From a virus (lineage: Duplodnaviria; Caudoviricetes): a stretch of DNA of 29,916 nt. This document shows, in pieces, positions 15,255-22,866 of this stretch (its first letter is position 1; every line of letters starts with the position of its first letter). The notes under the pieces are model-generated. The model ran no database searches, was not told the DNA's origin, and worked only from the letters and a program-made list of their open reading frames with translations. The stretch lies in the IMG/VR virus record IMGVR_UViG_3300032266_000608, positions 1 to 29,916 of that record; one strand, written 5' to 3'. Position numbers and translations under genes: made by a program.

Positions 15255-16960
15255 GTAACCTAAAACCCTCCGACGTGCTTGCAGAAGTTATCGCCAACCC
15301 TGCGGGTAGCTTCGAGATGATGAAGATTCGTAACAAACTTGGCCAGATGGTTAACCCTAAAGCCAACGCTCACCAGATCCGACTCGCCAAAGCATGGCAA
15401 TACGCCTTCAAGGAGGGCAAACCCCTGCGTATCTTGAGTCTCAAACCCCGGCAGGTAGGCTCAAGTACGTTCTGCGTATGGCTTGCGTACCTTGCGACAC
15501 GGGGATTGGGGTCGAGAGGGGTGTTGATCGCCGACGATTACGGAAATACAAAAAATTTATGGCATATTTTGCGTCAATACTCCCAAAACGATCCCTTCCC
15601 ATGGGGTACTGAGTGTGATGTGACCGATTCGGAGGCCAGAATGGGGAATGGTCGCCTAGTTCCTGACACCGCCATCAATCCGAAGGCGGGTAGGTCGGGT
15701 ACTTTACAGGTTCTGATGGCATCGGAGGTTGCATGGTGGCCAGCCACAGGAGCTAGGGCTGCGGGGGATACCATGGTGTCGCTACTCAACTCAATTTCCA
15801 CCGCCCCTGGCACGATTATTTTATGTGAATCGACCCCTGCGGGGGCTAACGGGTGGTTCTACCAAACATGGCAGGATGCGGCCACGCTGGATAACCCCGA
15901 AAATGGGAATGGGTGGATTAAGGTGTTCACCCCGTGGTTCGAGTTCGATGAACACGTTGCCGATCCTAAAAATTTCGCCGGAGACGGCGACCCAGAGGAG
16001 CTTAAGGGCATTGAGCTGTATGGTTGGACACCAGAACAAGTGGCGTGGCGCAGGCAAGTCATCAGGCAGAATTGTAATAACGACATACGTATGTTCAATC
16101 AGGAGTACCCTACCGATGATGCGTCGTGTTTCTTGGTTACAGGGCGACCAGCTTTCGATCCAGATGGGGTTCAGTACATCACGGCACAGGCATCTCAAAT
16201 CATACCTCAAGGCCACTACCACCTTACCGAACAGAACTCTGGTAAAATATCGGTATCCCCAGGACACGATGGGTGGTTGACCATATGGGAAGAGCCTCGT
16301 GTTGGGTGTCGCTACGTGGTTAGTGCCGACGTAGCCACGGGTGCAGATCAGACGAAAGGGCAGAACCCAGATTGTCACTCAGTACAAGTTTGGCGGGATC
16401 AGTACATCGATAAGAATGGGATCACGTACAAACGGAGACTCGTTGCACGTATACGCCCCCCGTGCCGTGTCGCTATCGACAGACTCGCATGGATGGTTGA
16501 GATGGTATCCCGATACTATGGAAGAACGCTTGTGATTGTTGAGGTCAACGGTCCAGGGCTGGCTCTAGTCGTGCTGGTTAAGAACAAGGTAAACCTTTAC
16601 CGCCGGCAGGTGTTCGATATGTCCTCACAAAAGACGACTACCAAATTGGGCTGGGATACGACAAGTTCGACCCGCCCTATGCTTATCGCATTGGTATCCG
16701 AAGGGGTTCGAGAGAAGACACTTGATATCGCATGTCCACGGGTTGCACAGGAACTAGGAAAAACAGTTGTCCATGACAACGGAAAGATTCAGGCTGCCGA
16801 AGGGAGTCACGACGACGATGTGATGTCACTTGGCCTAGCCCTACACGCTTTGAGCCAAGGAACCATATACACTCAGCCCACGATAAAGGCCAAGATGCCA
16901 GACGACTACAAGGTACAGAACGACGCAAAGCTAACAAAAGCCCTAATTCCAGCCATGTAG
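15251..16960 (+). CDS. terL: terminase large subunit
   Basis: Walker A KPRQVGSST, Walker B LMASEVA, coupling motif EST, nuclease VSADVATG...HDDDVMS. Confidence 0.93.
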   Translation: MSNLKPSDVLAEVIANPAGSFEMMKIRNKLGQMVNPKANAHQIRLAKAWQYAFKEGKPLRILSLKPRQVGSSTFCVWLAYLATRGLGSRGVLIADDYGNTKNLWHILRQYSQNDPFPWGTECDVTDSEARMGNGRLVPDTAINPKAGRSGTLQVLMASEVAWWPATGARAAGDTMVSLLNSISTAPGTIILCESTPAGANGWFYQTWQDAATLDNPENGNGWIKVFTPWFEFDEHVADPKNFAGDGDPEELKGIELYGWTPEQVAWRRQVIRQNCNNDIRMFNQEYPTDDASCFLVTGRPAFDPDGVQYITAQASQIIPQGHYHLTEQNSGKISVSPGHDGWLTIWEEPRVGCRYVVSADVATGADQTKGQNPDCHSVQVWRDQYIDKNGITYKRRLVARIRPPCRVAIDRLAWMVEMVSRYYGRTLVIVEVNGPGLALVVLVKNKVNLYRRQVFDMSSQKTTTKLGWDTTSSTRPMLIALVSEGVREKTLDIACPRVAQELGKTVVHDNGKIQAAEGSHDDDVMSLGLALHALSQGTIYTQPTIKAKMPDDYKVQNDAKLTKALIPAM

Positions 16961-17016
16961 CGCGAATTTAGGCCATTGTAGTTGCTTTTTACTTTTGACT
17001 CGGACAGAATTACTAA

Positions 17017-17295
17017 ATGGGCGCACCAAGCACAGAACAGGTCGCATCCTTGGCTGCGGAACTTATCCGTCAAATCATGTCCAAGGGTAGCGATAAAAGT
17101 GGTACTGGCGAGTGGTACACACGGGACAGCCTTCGATACCACACCGACAGAATCACAAAGCATCTATCTGTTGCTCTCACCCAGATTGACGGGAACTCAG
17201 CAAATCCAGACGATAGCGGGGAAACTTTCAAGGATCATTTAGCGAGGGTTGTATGTCGAGCAGTATTCGCTTATATAAAAGCAAATGACCGATGA
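17017..17295 (+). CDS. dATP/dGTP diphosphohydrolase-like (DUF5664-like) protein
   Basis: MSKGSDKSG..EW...KHL...DDSGE...HLARVVCR pattern; leaderless promoter TTGCTT-N17-CAGAAT-N6-ATG. Confidence 0.5.
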   Translation: MGAPSTEQVASLAAELIRQIMSKGSDKSGTGEWYTRDSLRYHTDRITKHLSVALTQIDGNSANPDDSGETFKDHLARVVCRAVFAYIKANDR

Positions 17296-17328
17296 TATTG
17301 CACTCGTTGTTATTTCTATAGGACTTTT

Positions 17329-17637
17329 ATGGCTCTGGTACGAAAGCAAGGCTTAAAGAGAAGTGGTACGTTAAGGCGTACGCCACTACGTCGTGTCTCA
17401 AAGAAGAGGGCGAAACAGAACAAGGAGTACAGCCGACTTCGCAAAGAGTTTTTAACCACAAGACCCATTTGCGATGCGTGCGGTGGTAAGGCTACGGAGA
17501 TCCACCATAAGCGGGGTCGATTCCAAGCACGCCTGTTAGACCAAGATTACTTTGCACCACTCTGCCAAACCTGCCACCAAAAGGTTCACCTGAACCCGAA
17601 GTGGGCTTACTCTATCGGGTTGATGATTCCACGCTGA
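17329..17637 (+). CDS. HNH endonuclease
   Basis: CDAC...EIHHKRGR...PLCQTCHQKVH. Confidence 0.8.
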   Translation: MALVRKQGLKRSGTLRRTPLRRVSKKRAKQNKEYSRLRKEFLTTRPICDACGGKATEIHHKRGRFQARLLDQDYFAPLCQTCHQKVHLNPKWAYSIGLMIPR

Positions 17638-17724
17638 CCTTCTTGGCCTGTTGAGCGAGGTGGGCCTGCCAATGCAAGTCCCAAGCCTCGTTCAGAGCCT
17701 CAGGTGAAACATAAAAACGGGAAC

Positions 17725-18060
17725 TCATAGCATCTGCATTTCTGCACGCTTGGAGCTTTCCATGCTCCTCCAGATCTCAATTTTTGATTGGGCGGTAAGC
17801 ATGAGCCACTTCAGCTTTTCTTCACCAGCAATCGCCTCCTTGATTCCAAGTAAGTGCTGATTGTAGTCGGGGTGTCCGTGAGCATACCTTTCTTGGCCAG
17901 CGATAGTTTTTTCTCCAGCGATCATGGCATCCTTCATCAACCTCGCCTTGACGGAGTCGGTGAAGTGCTCCAAGTAGTGCCGATTTGCTTTTGCCTCGGC
18001 AAGTTTTTCAGCGTGTTCACGCATCCAGTCTGAAATTGCGATTGGATCTATGTCGCTCAT
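17725..18060 (-). CDS. conserved helical phage protein
   Basis: 111 aa, ATGA-coupled to the ATPase gene. Confidence 0.7.
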   Translation of the reverse strand: MSDIDPIAISDWMREHAEKLAEAKANRHYLEHFTDSVKARLMKDAMIAGEKTIAGQERYAHGHPDYNQHLLGIKEAIAGEEKLKWLMLTAQSKIEIWRSMESSKRAEMQML

Positions 18061-18701
18061 CGTTCAGCCTGGATTTCGTGAACATCGCACGACTCTGCAA
18101 ACCTTGCATATGTGGCGATGATGCGTTCGTCCATCATAGATGCTTGCTGAAAGCTGTTCGATGTAATTATCGTAGGTAACTTGTTTGCAAGCCTGCCTTC
18201 AGCAATTAGGTACATCCCCTCCATTACTGGACCAGTTTGCTGTTCTTTCCCAAGATCGTCCAAGAACAAAACACCAACCTTACAAATCCTGTCGATCTCT
18301 TCTTCACGGCCATCCCGTGAACTCATGGACAGCTTCATTCCAAGCCTGACAGACGATACCGCATCAATGGAGCGACCACGCAATAAGGCACGACGCAGAG
18401 CCGTGAACGCCGCTCTGGTTTTTCCGATTCGATGGGGACCAGTCACCCAGAGTCCTTTTGACCCCTTTTCGTTCCACGCATCAAAAATAATCTTCACGGA
18501 AAACGGAAGTCTGTCTGGTTCTGTCTCGCGATACGCCGGCGGGCATACCTTTTTCCATATCTCGTCACATCTCTCAAGGTGACGCATAGCGATTTCTTCT
18601 TCACGTTTTTTCTCCCAATCGACCTTGGGCTTGTTTTTGACTGCACGCTCCAGCGAGTCCAATGCTTTTTCCATTTCTGTTGTCATGTTAGTTTTTGCCA
18701 C
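18057..18701 (-). CDS. DnaC/IstB-like AAA+ helicase loader
   Basis: Walker A GPHRIGKT, Walker B LFLDDLGKE, PTIITSN; downstream of the initiator. Confidence 0.85.
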   Translation of the reverse strand: MAKTNMTTEMEKALDSLERAVKNKPKVDWEKKREEEIAMRHLERCDEIWKKVCPPAYRETEPDRLPFSVKIIFDAWNEKGSKGLWVTGPHRIGKTRAAFTALRRALLRGRSIDAVSSVRLGMKLSMSSRDGREEEIDRICKVGVLFLDDLGKEQQTGPVMEGMYLIAEGRLANKLPTIITSNSFQQASMMDERIIATYARFAESCDVHEIQAER

Positions 18702-18936
18702 GGCGTTTACCTATATTAGCCATAGCCTCCTCTCTTCTTTTTTGCAAATAATCTTCCCAGAGTGTTGCGGCTTTCATCGCATCCTCTTTGTTTGTGAAAG
18801 AAAATAATGGGTCTGGGTGTTTACCCCCCATAACAAACCTATGCCCCATTGGGTTTTCGCCGCAAACATCACTTCGAGTCCATAGGTTAAATCTGTCATC
18901 TTCACGTCTAATAAAAACTTCAACTGCGATGTTCAT
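18688..18936 (-). CDS. hypothetical protein
   Basis: 82 aa, ATGA-coupled. Confidence 0.6.
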   Translation of the reverse strand: MNIAVEVFIRREDDRFNLWTRSDVCGENPMGHRFVMGGKHPDPLFSFTNKEDAMKAATLWEDYLQKRREEAMANIGKRRGKN

Positions 18937-19676
18937 ATAATGACCTTCTTAATAGTTCCAGGCGGGAGAATGTCCTTAAACGCCATCCCCTTGTTTATTG
19001 GATTCATGCGTTTGAAGTTTCTGTTGCTCTGAAAGTCTGACCAGAATCTTGCAAGAATCGACTGCCATCTCATAATCGGCCTTCCAGAGAGTTCCCAATT
19101 CATGTCATTCAATCTAATGAACTCCGTCTTTAGCCACCCCTCATCAGCCATAAGCCGTTTGCCTTCTGCCATCCATTGTTCGATTGTCGGAACGCCGCTA
19201 GTAGCTGGCTTATGGCTACTGGTTATATGGTTATTGGCTTCTGGCTTATGGTTATTCGGCATCAATTCAGCATCAACAGAAACATCAAACTCTGGTTTTT
19301 TAACTTCCCTAGTTTTTCTGATATAACGCTTCTGGCTTTCGTTGTGCAACTTGCGGGCCTTACTTTCACGTAAAAGCCTACGTGAGTATATGATCATTCT
19401 GTCATCACGAGCAAAGACACCTGCATTTTCAAGCTCGTCAAGTAGTGACTTAACCTTGCTGATTGCTTCTGCCGTGTTTCCAACACCAACAGCCATCGAA
19501 AGCATCCTTTCGTCCATCGGTCTGTCAGCATCATTTTTGAGATACCCATACTCTGGGGATCTTGCCATAAGGCAGAGCATATCGATCCAGAGTCCACGGG
19601 CTTCCAGACTTACCATTCTGAGGGCGTTGTCCGACATCCAATCCCTTACATAAAACTGCAGGAATTGCATTTTCAT
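18933..19676 (-). CDS. phage replication initiator (DUF1376/YdaU, lambda O-like organisation)
   Basis: FLQFYVRDWMSD..LRMVSLEARGLWIDMLCLM; internal iteron-like repeats; followed by a DnaC-like gene. Confidence 0.75.
   Translation of the reverse strand: MKMQFLQFYVRDWMSDNALRMVSLEARGLWIDMLCLMARSPEYGYLKNDADRPMDERMLSMAVGVGNTAEAISKVKSLLDELENAGVFARDDRMIIYSRRLLRESKARKLHNESQKRYIRKTREVKKPEFDVSVDAELMPNNHKPEANNHITSSHKPATSGVPTIEQWMAEGKRLMADEGWLKTEFIRLNDMNWELSGRPIMRWQSILARFWSDFQSNRNFKRMNPINKGMAFKDILPPGTIKKVII
19205..19256. repeat. iteron-like direct repeats (candidate origin)
   Basis: CTGGCTTATGG at 19205 and 19241, CTGGTTATATGGTTATT at 19219, in the linker of the initiator gene. Confidence 0.55.
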
Positions 19677-20050
19677 TTGGTTTCCTCCTTAATAATTCGG
19701 ATGAATGTCATTTGGACATCACCCCTTTTGTGTGTGTGAAAAACTGATCGAACCACTCCAGGGTTGTCATCTGGCAAATAGCCGAGTTCGACAAGGCTAT
19801 CGAGGAGGTCTTTGGTGTCGTAGTTGTCGATATCAAGCAACCTTGGCCGAATGTGGTGGAACCAGATATCGTATGTTTCTTTGCGTCCAGAACAGCTTTT
19901 CTTGCCTCCTGCTTTAGCCTTCGATTTATTGCCCAATGAAGTCGCTTTGTCTTGTTTCTGCTTGGAACGGCGTAATTCAGCTCCAGTACCAATATCTCTT
20001 GGAATGGAGTACCCAAGTTGTTTAATTTGTCGTCGTGTAACACGGCTCAT
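19673..20050 (-). CDS. rusA: RusA-like Holliday junction resolvase, catalytic C-terminal part
   Basis: RLLDIDNYDTKDLLDSLVELGYLPDD matches the RusA D-x-D-N..K..D..L.....DD motif. Confidence 0.7.
   Translation of the reverse strand: MSRVTRRQIKQLGYSIPRDIGTGAELRRSKQKQDKATSLGNKSKAKAGGKKSCSGRKETYDIWFHHIRPRLLDIDNYDTKDLLDSLVELGYLPDDNPGVVRSVFHTHKRGDVQMTFIRIIKEETK
19708..20043 (-). CDS. overlapping frame carrying a RusA N-terminal-like segment
   Basis: ILVLELNYAVPSRNKTKRLHWAINRRLKQEARKAV resembles the P-S-x-N...HW....K N-terminus of RusA-family proteins. Confidence 0.55.
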   Translation of the reverse strand: MLHDDKLNNLGTPFQEILVLELNYAVPSRNKTKRLHWAINRRLKQEARKAVLDAKKHTISGSTTFGQGCLISTTTTPKTSSIALSNSAICQMTTLEWFDQFFTHTKGVMSK

Positions 20051-20080
20051 TATTTTCCTTTTTTGAGCAAAGCATCGTGC

Positions 20081-20109
20081 CTTCTAACAATCTAATTATA
20101 GCGTGTCAA
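20081..20109 (-). promoter_or_regulatory. promoter of the replication operon
   Basis: TTGACA(20109-20104)-N17-TAGAAG(20086-20081). Confidence 0.5.
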
Positions 20110-20119
20110 CATTTTTTAC

Positions 20120-20147
20120 TTGCATGAAATATTTTTCTAAATACATT
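20120..20147 (+). promoter_or_regulatory. promoter of the putative small RNA
   Basis: TTGCAT(20120-20125)-N16-TACATT(20142-20147); predicted start ~20153-20155 coincides with the stem start. Confidence 0.55.
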
Positions 20148-20154
20148 TACCCAC

Positions 20155-20233
20155 GACGGCTATGGGTTCCCCTTCTCGGGGTTCAGCGCGGTTTGTGTGT
20201 CCCGCTGGTTTCCTCCCCATAGCCGTCTTTTTT
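20155..20233 (+). ncRNA. putative ~80-nt three-way-junction antisense small RNA
   Basis: 12-bp closing stem GACGGCTATGGG/CCCATAGCCGTC plus T6; two internal hairpins; own promoter. Confidence 0.65.
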
Positions 20234-20310
20234 CTACTGAAGAACAACAATTTACACGAAAAAGATCAAAAAAAGCTAGACACGCCCATTTTATCCCATA
20301 TGGTCAAGCT

Positions 20311-20478
20311 ATGGGGAAACAAGATCTTGTAACACTACACATCCCGAGGGAAGTGGCAGACGCACTCGAAGGCATCTGCGAAAAACATTGTTTTGGAAAA
20401 TGGACTTATCTTGCCAGAAGAATTTTGGCTCTCTACGTAAGAGAACAAACAGAAACAACAAAAGGAGGAAAAAAATGA
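20311..20478 (+). CDS. small ribbon-helix-helix-like DNA-binding protein
   Basis: VTLHIPREVADALEGIC.....KWTYLARRIL; TAGACA-N16-TATGGT-N6-ATG20311. Confidence 0.6.
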   Translation: MGKQDLVTLHIPREVADALEGICEKHCFGKWTYLARRILALYVREQTETTKGGKK

Positions 20479-21374
20479 GTGACGAGATTATCGTACATAA
20501 CGGAAACCACAATTCGATTACATCCAACTGGAGGCAGTCCACGGATGTCGCTCACGTCTGCCGAGAAATCGTAAATCAGACCGCCAAGAATATTGGGGGT
20601 CGCAGGTATGTGCAGGTCGAGGGATGGCAGAGCATCGCCACGGCGTACGGGTGCGTAGCATCAGCTAGAGATGTTGAGAAAATCGAGGGCGGTTACAGGG
20701 CAATCGGCGAAGTTAAGAGAATGGACAATGGTCAAGTAATCTCTCAGGCCGAAGGCTTTGTCGGAGACGACGAGGCGACTTGGGGTAAGCGTCCAGTCTA
20801 CGCACGCAGGGCCATGGCACAGACACGAGCGATTAGCAGAGCCTGCAGATCCGCATTCGCACACGTGGTTGTGCTAATCGACAAATCTTTGTCGACCACG
20901 CCGGCGGAGGAGGTGCCAGAGGGAGGCTTTGAACCCACCCCCAAGACATTCACAGTCCGAGAGGTATCTGCAACTGAAATCACACAAGCTCCACGGCAAG
21001 ATGAAATGTACGTAAGAAAAGCAACACAGCTCAAGTCTGCGGAGGTTACAATTGAGCGAATGGAGCAACCAGAGGAAAAGCCAAAGAAAGCTCCCGCTAA
21101 AATCACACAAGCCACAGGTGGGTGGCGTGACGTAACAATGCGTTTTGGCTCAAAGAAGGGCAACACTCTTGGAGATATTGAGGCCAACGATCAGCGGTAC
21201 CTAAAGTGGCTCTCATCTACATTTGAGCCTGGACTCAAAAAAGACGGAACTCCGTGGCCAGAGGACGTTAAGTTGCGAACTGCGCTGGACGAGTTCAAGC
21301 GGGAGTGCGAATCCGAGAAGTCGGTGCCAACCTCAAGCTATGCTACTGGTGAGGATGAGGGCGTGCCGTTTTGA
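20475..21374 (+). CDS. ssDNA-annealing recombinase (Rad52/ERF-like) with C-terminal accessory domain and SSB-like tail
   Basis: AMAQTRAISRA motif; MRFGSKKG..L......YLKWL domain; C-terminus EDEGVPF; AAGGAGG RBS at ATG20475. Confidence 0.7.
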   Translation: MSDEIIVHNGNHNSITSNWRQSTDVAHVCREIVNQTAKNIGGRRYVQVEGWQSIATAYGCVASARDVEKIEGGYRAIGEVKRMDNGQVISQAEGFVGDDEATWGKRPVYARRAMAQTRAISRACRSAFAHVVVLIDKSLSTTPAEEVPEGGFEPTPKTFTVREVSATEITQAPRQDEMYVRKATQLKSAEVTIERMEQPEEKPKKAPAKITQATGGWRDVTMRFGSKKGNTLGDIEANDQRYLKWLSSTFEPGLKKDGTPWPEDVKLRTALDEFKRECESEKSVPTSSYATGEDEGVPF

Positions 21375-21751
21375 CCCCTTACCAACTCGATAGAGCCGCA
21401 GTAAACTTTGTGTTCACGCTAGATCAGCCAGAGCTAAACTTTGGAACTCAGGCAAGGAAACTTGTCAGGAGGGACGATCCAGACACAAGTCACGATGCGG
21501 CAAAATCAGTAGATACATCCCGCCTAGAGGCTATGGTCTATGATGCAATCAAAACATTTGGGGAAACTGGGTGCATAAGCGACCAGATTAGAGACGCATT
21601 CCCAAATATGCCGTACTCATCTGTGACAGCGAGGTACAAGGCTCTTATGGATAAAGGAATGATCGTAGATACTGGAAAAAGAAAGCCCGGCAAATCTGGA
21701 AGAGGACAAAGAGTAATGAGGATATCAAATGCCATCTGTGCTACCGCTTAG
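21371..21751 (+). CDS. winged-HTH protein
   Basis: RRDDPDTSHDAA...SSVTARYKALMDKGMIVDTGKR. Confidence 0.65.
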   Translation: MTPYQLDRAAVNFVFTLDQPELNFGTQARKLVRRDDPDTSHDAAKSVDTSRLEAMVYDAIKTFGETGCISDQIRDAFPNMPYSSVTARYKALMDKGMIVDTGKRKPGKSGRGQRVMRISNAICATA

Positions 21752-22829
21752 ATCGTCAAGCATCAAGAGAAGGGTTCTGTGCCCTGGATCTGCAAAAATG
21801 GAGTTTGGGCTTCCAGATACAAACACTCCAGAAGCAGAACACGGGACAATGTTGCATGAGGTAATGGCTGGCACAAAAGACAAGGAAGGGCTGTCACACG
21901 ACGACCTAAAGCTTGTTGAGGATGCCACAGAAATGCGTGATGCAGTTCATAGGCAGATTATCTCTACATCGGGGAAAGCCTTGGGGGAATCGATAACTGG
22001 ATTACGCAAAGAGATCGAGGTCGAGCTTTTCCTGAGGGACGACCAGCTGAACCCGCTTATCTCTGGGCACGCAGACGAGGTGCTAATCAACGAGACAAAA
22101 CGCTCTGCACTTATCGTTGACTACAAGTTTGGAAAGATTCCAGTAGATGATGCTCCAGATAATCTACAGCTTCGCACGTACGCAGTTATGCTTGCAGACC
22201 AAGAGGATCTTGATGAAGTTTGGGCGGCAATCATACAGCCAGCAGTATCTGGTAATGAAAACACCACAATAGCTCTGTTTGACAAGAAGGCATTACTAAG
22301 CTGGAAGAACAGATTGGCAGAACTTGCGTCAATAGTTAACTCTGAAGAGCCTCCGTTAATTGCATCGCAGGAAGCCTGCCACTACTGCAAGGCTAGAGGA
22401 ATTTGTCCTGCAGCCAGAGAGCAAATGTCAAGGATTGTGACACACGACAAAATGCCTTTATCGGTAGAGTCCCTGCCGGAACTGCTTGCTAAATGCATTA
22501 TAGCCGAGCGAGTGGTCGAAAAGATTAGATCTGCAGCTAGAGAACTACTGGCAGACAATCCAGAAGCAATACCAGGCTGGAGGCTGAAGCCAGTACAAAG
22601 AAGGGTAATTAGAGACCCCGTTCTTGCCTTTGAGAAAATATCAGACGTTATGTCATCTCAGGACTTTGCAACAGCCTGTTCTGTCAAGATAGCCGAGCTA
22701 GAAAGAAAATTCGTGCAGACGATGGTAGCGAGCGGAATGAAGCCGGGTGAGGCAAAAAGGGAATTTGGAGCAAAAATGGGAGATGCAATAGACACAAGGA
22801 CGGACAACTGGCTAGTACCAAATAAATAG
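21729..22829 (+). CDS. DUF2800 / Cas4-like PD-(D/E)xK exonuclease
   Basis: CPGS, HGTMLHE, GHAD, DYKFG, QLRTYA, CHYCK..GIC. Confidence 0.85.
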   Translation: MPSVLPLRSSSIKRRVLCPGSAKMEFGLPDTNTPEAEHGTMLHEVMAGTKDKEGLSHDDLKLVEDATEMRDAVHRQIISTSGKALGESITGLRKEIEVELFLRDDQLNPLISGHADEVLINETKRSALIVDYKFGKIPVDDAPDNLQLRTYAVMLADQEDLDEVWAAIIQPAVSGNENTTIALFDKKALLSWKNRLAELASIVNSEEPPLIASQEACHYCKARGICPAAREQMSRIVTHDKMPLSVESLPELLAKCIIAERVVEKIRSAARELLADNPEAIPGWRLKPVQRRVIRDPVLAFEKISDVMSSQDFATACSVKIAELERKFVQTMVASGMKPGEAKREFGAKMGDAIDTRTDNWLVPNK

Positions 22830-22866
22830 AGTTGTAAAAAGACTAGACTAGACGTATAAACTAGTC

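Noticed and set aside
20197-20310. N-terminal extension of ORF 20197..20478
   Set aside because: Runs through the small-RNA terminator and the promoter; ATG20311 fits the leaderless pattern
21729-22829. Cas4-like nuclease as evidence of a CRISPR system
   Set aside because: No repeat-spacer array or other cas genes; DUF2800-type exonuclease beside an annealing protein is ordinary phage recombination
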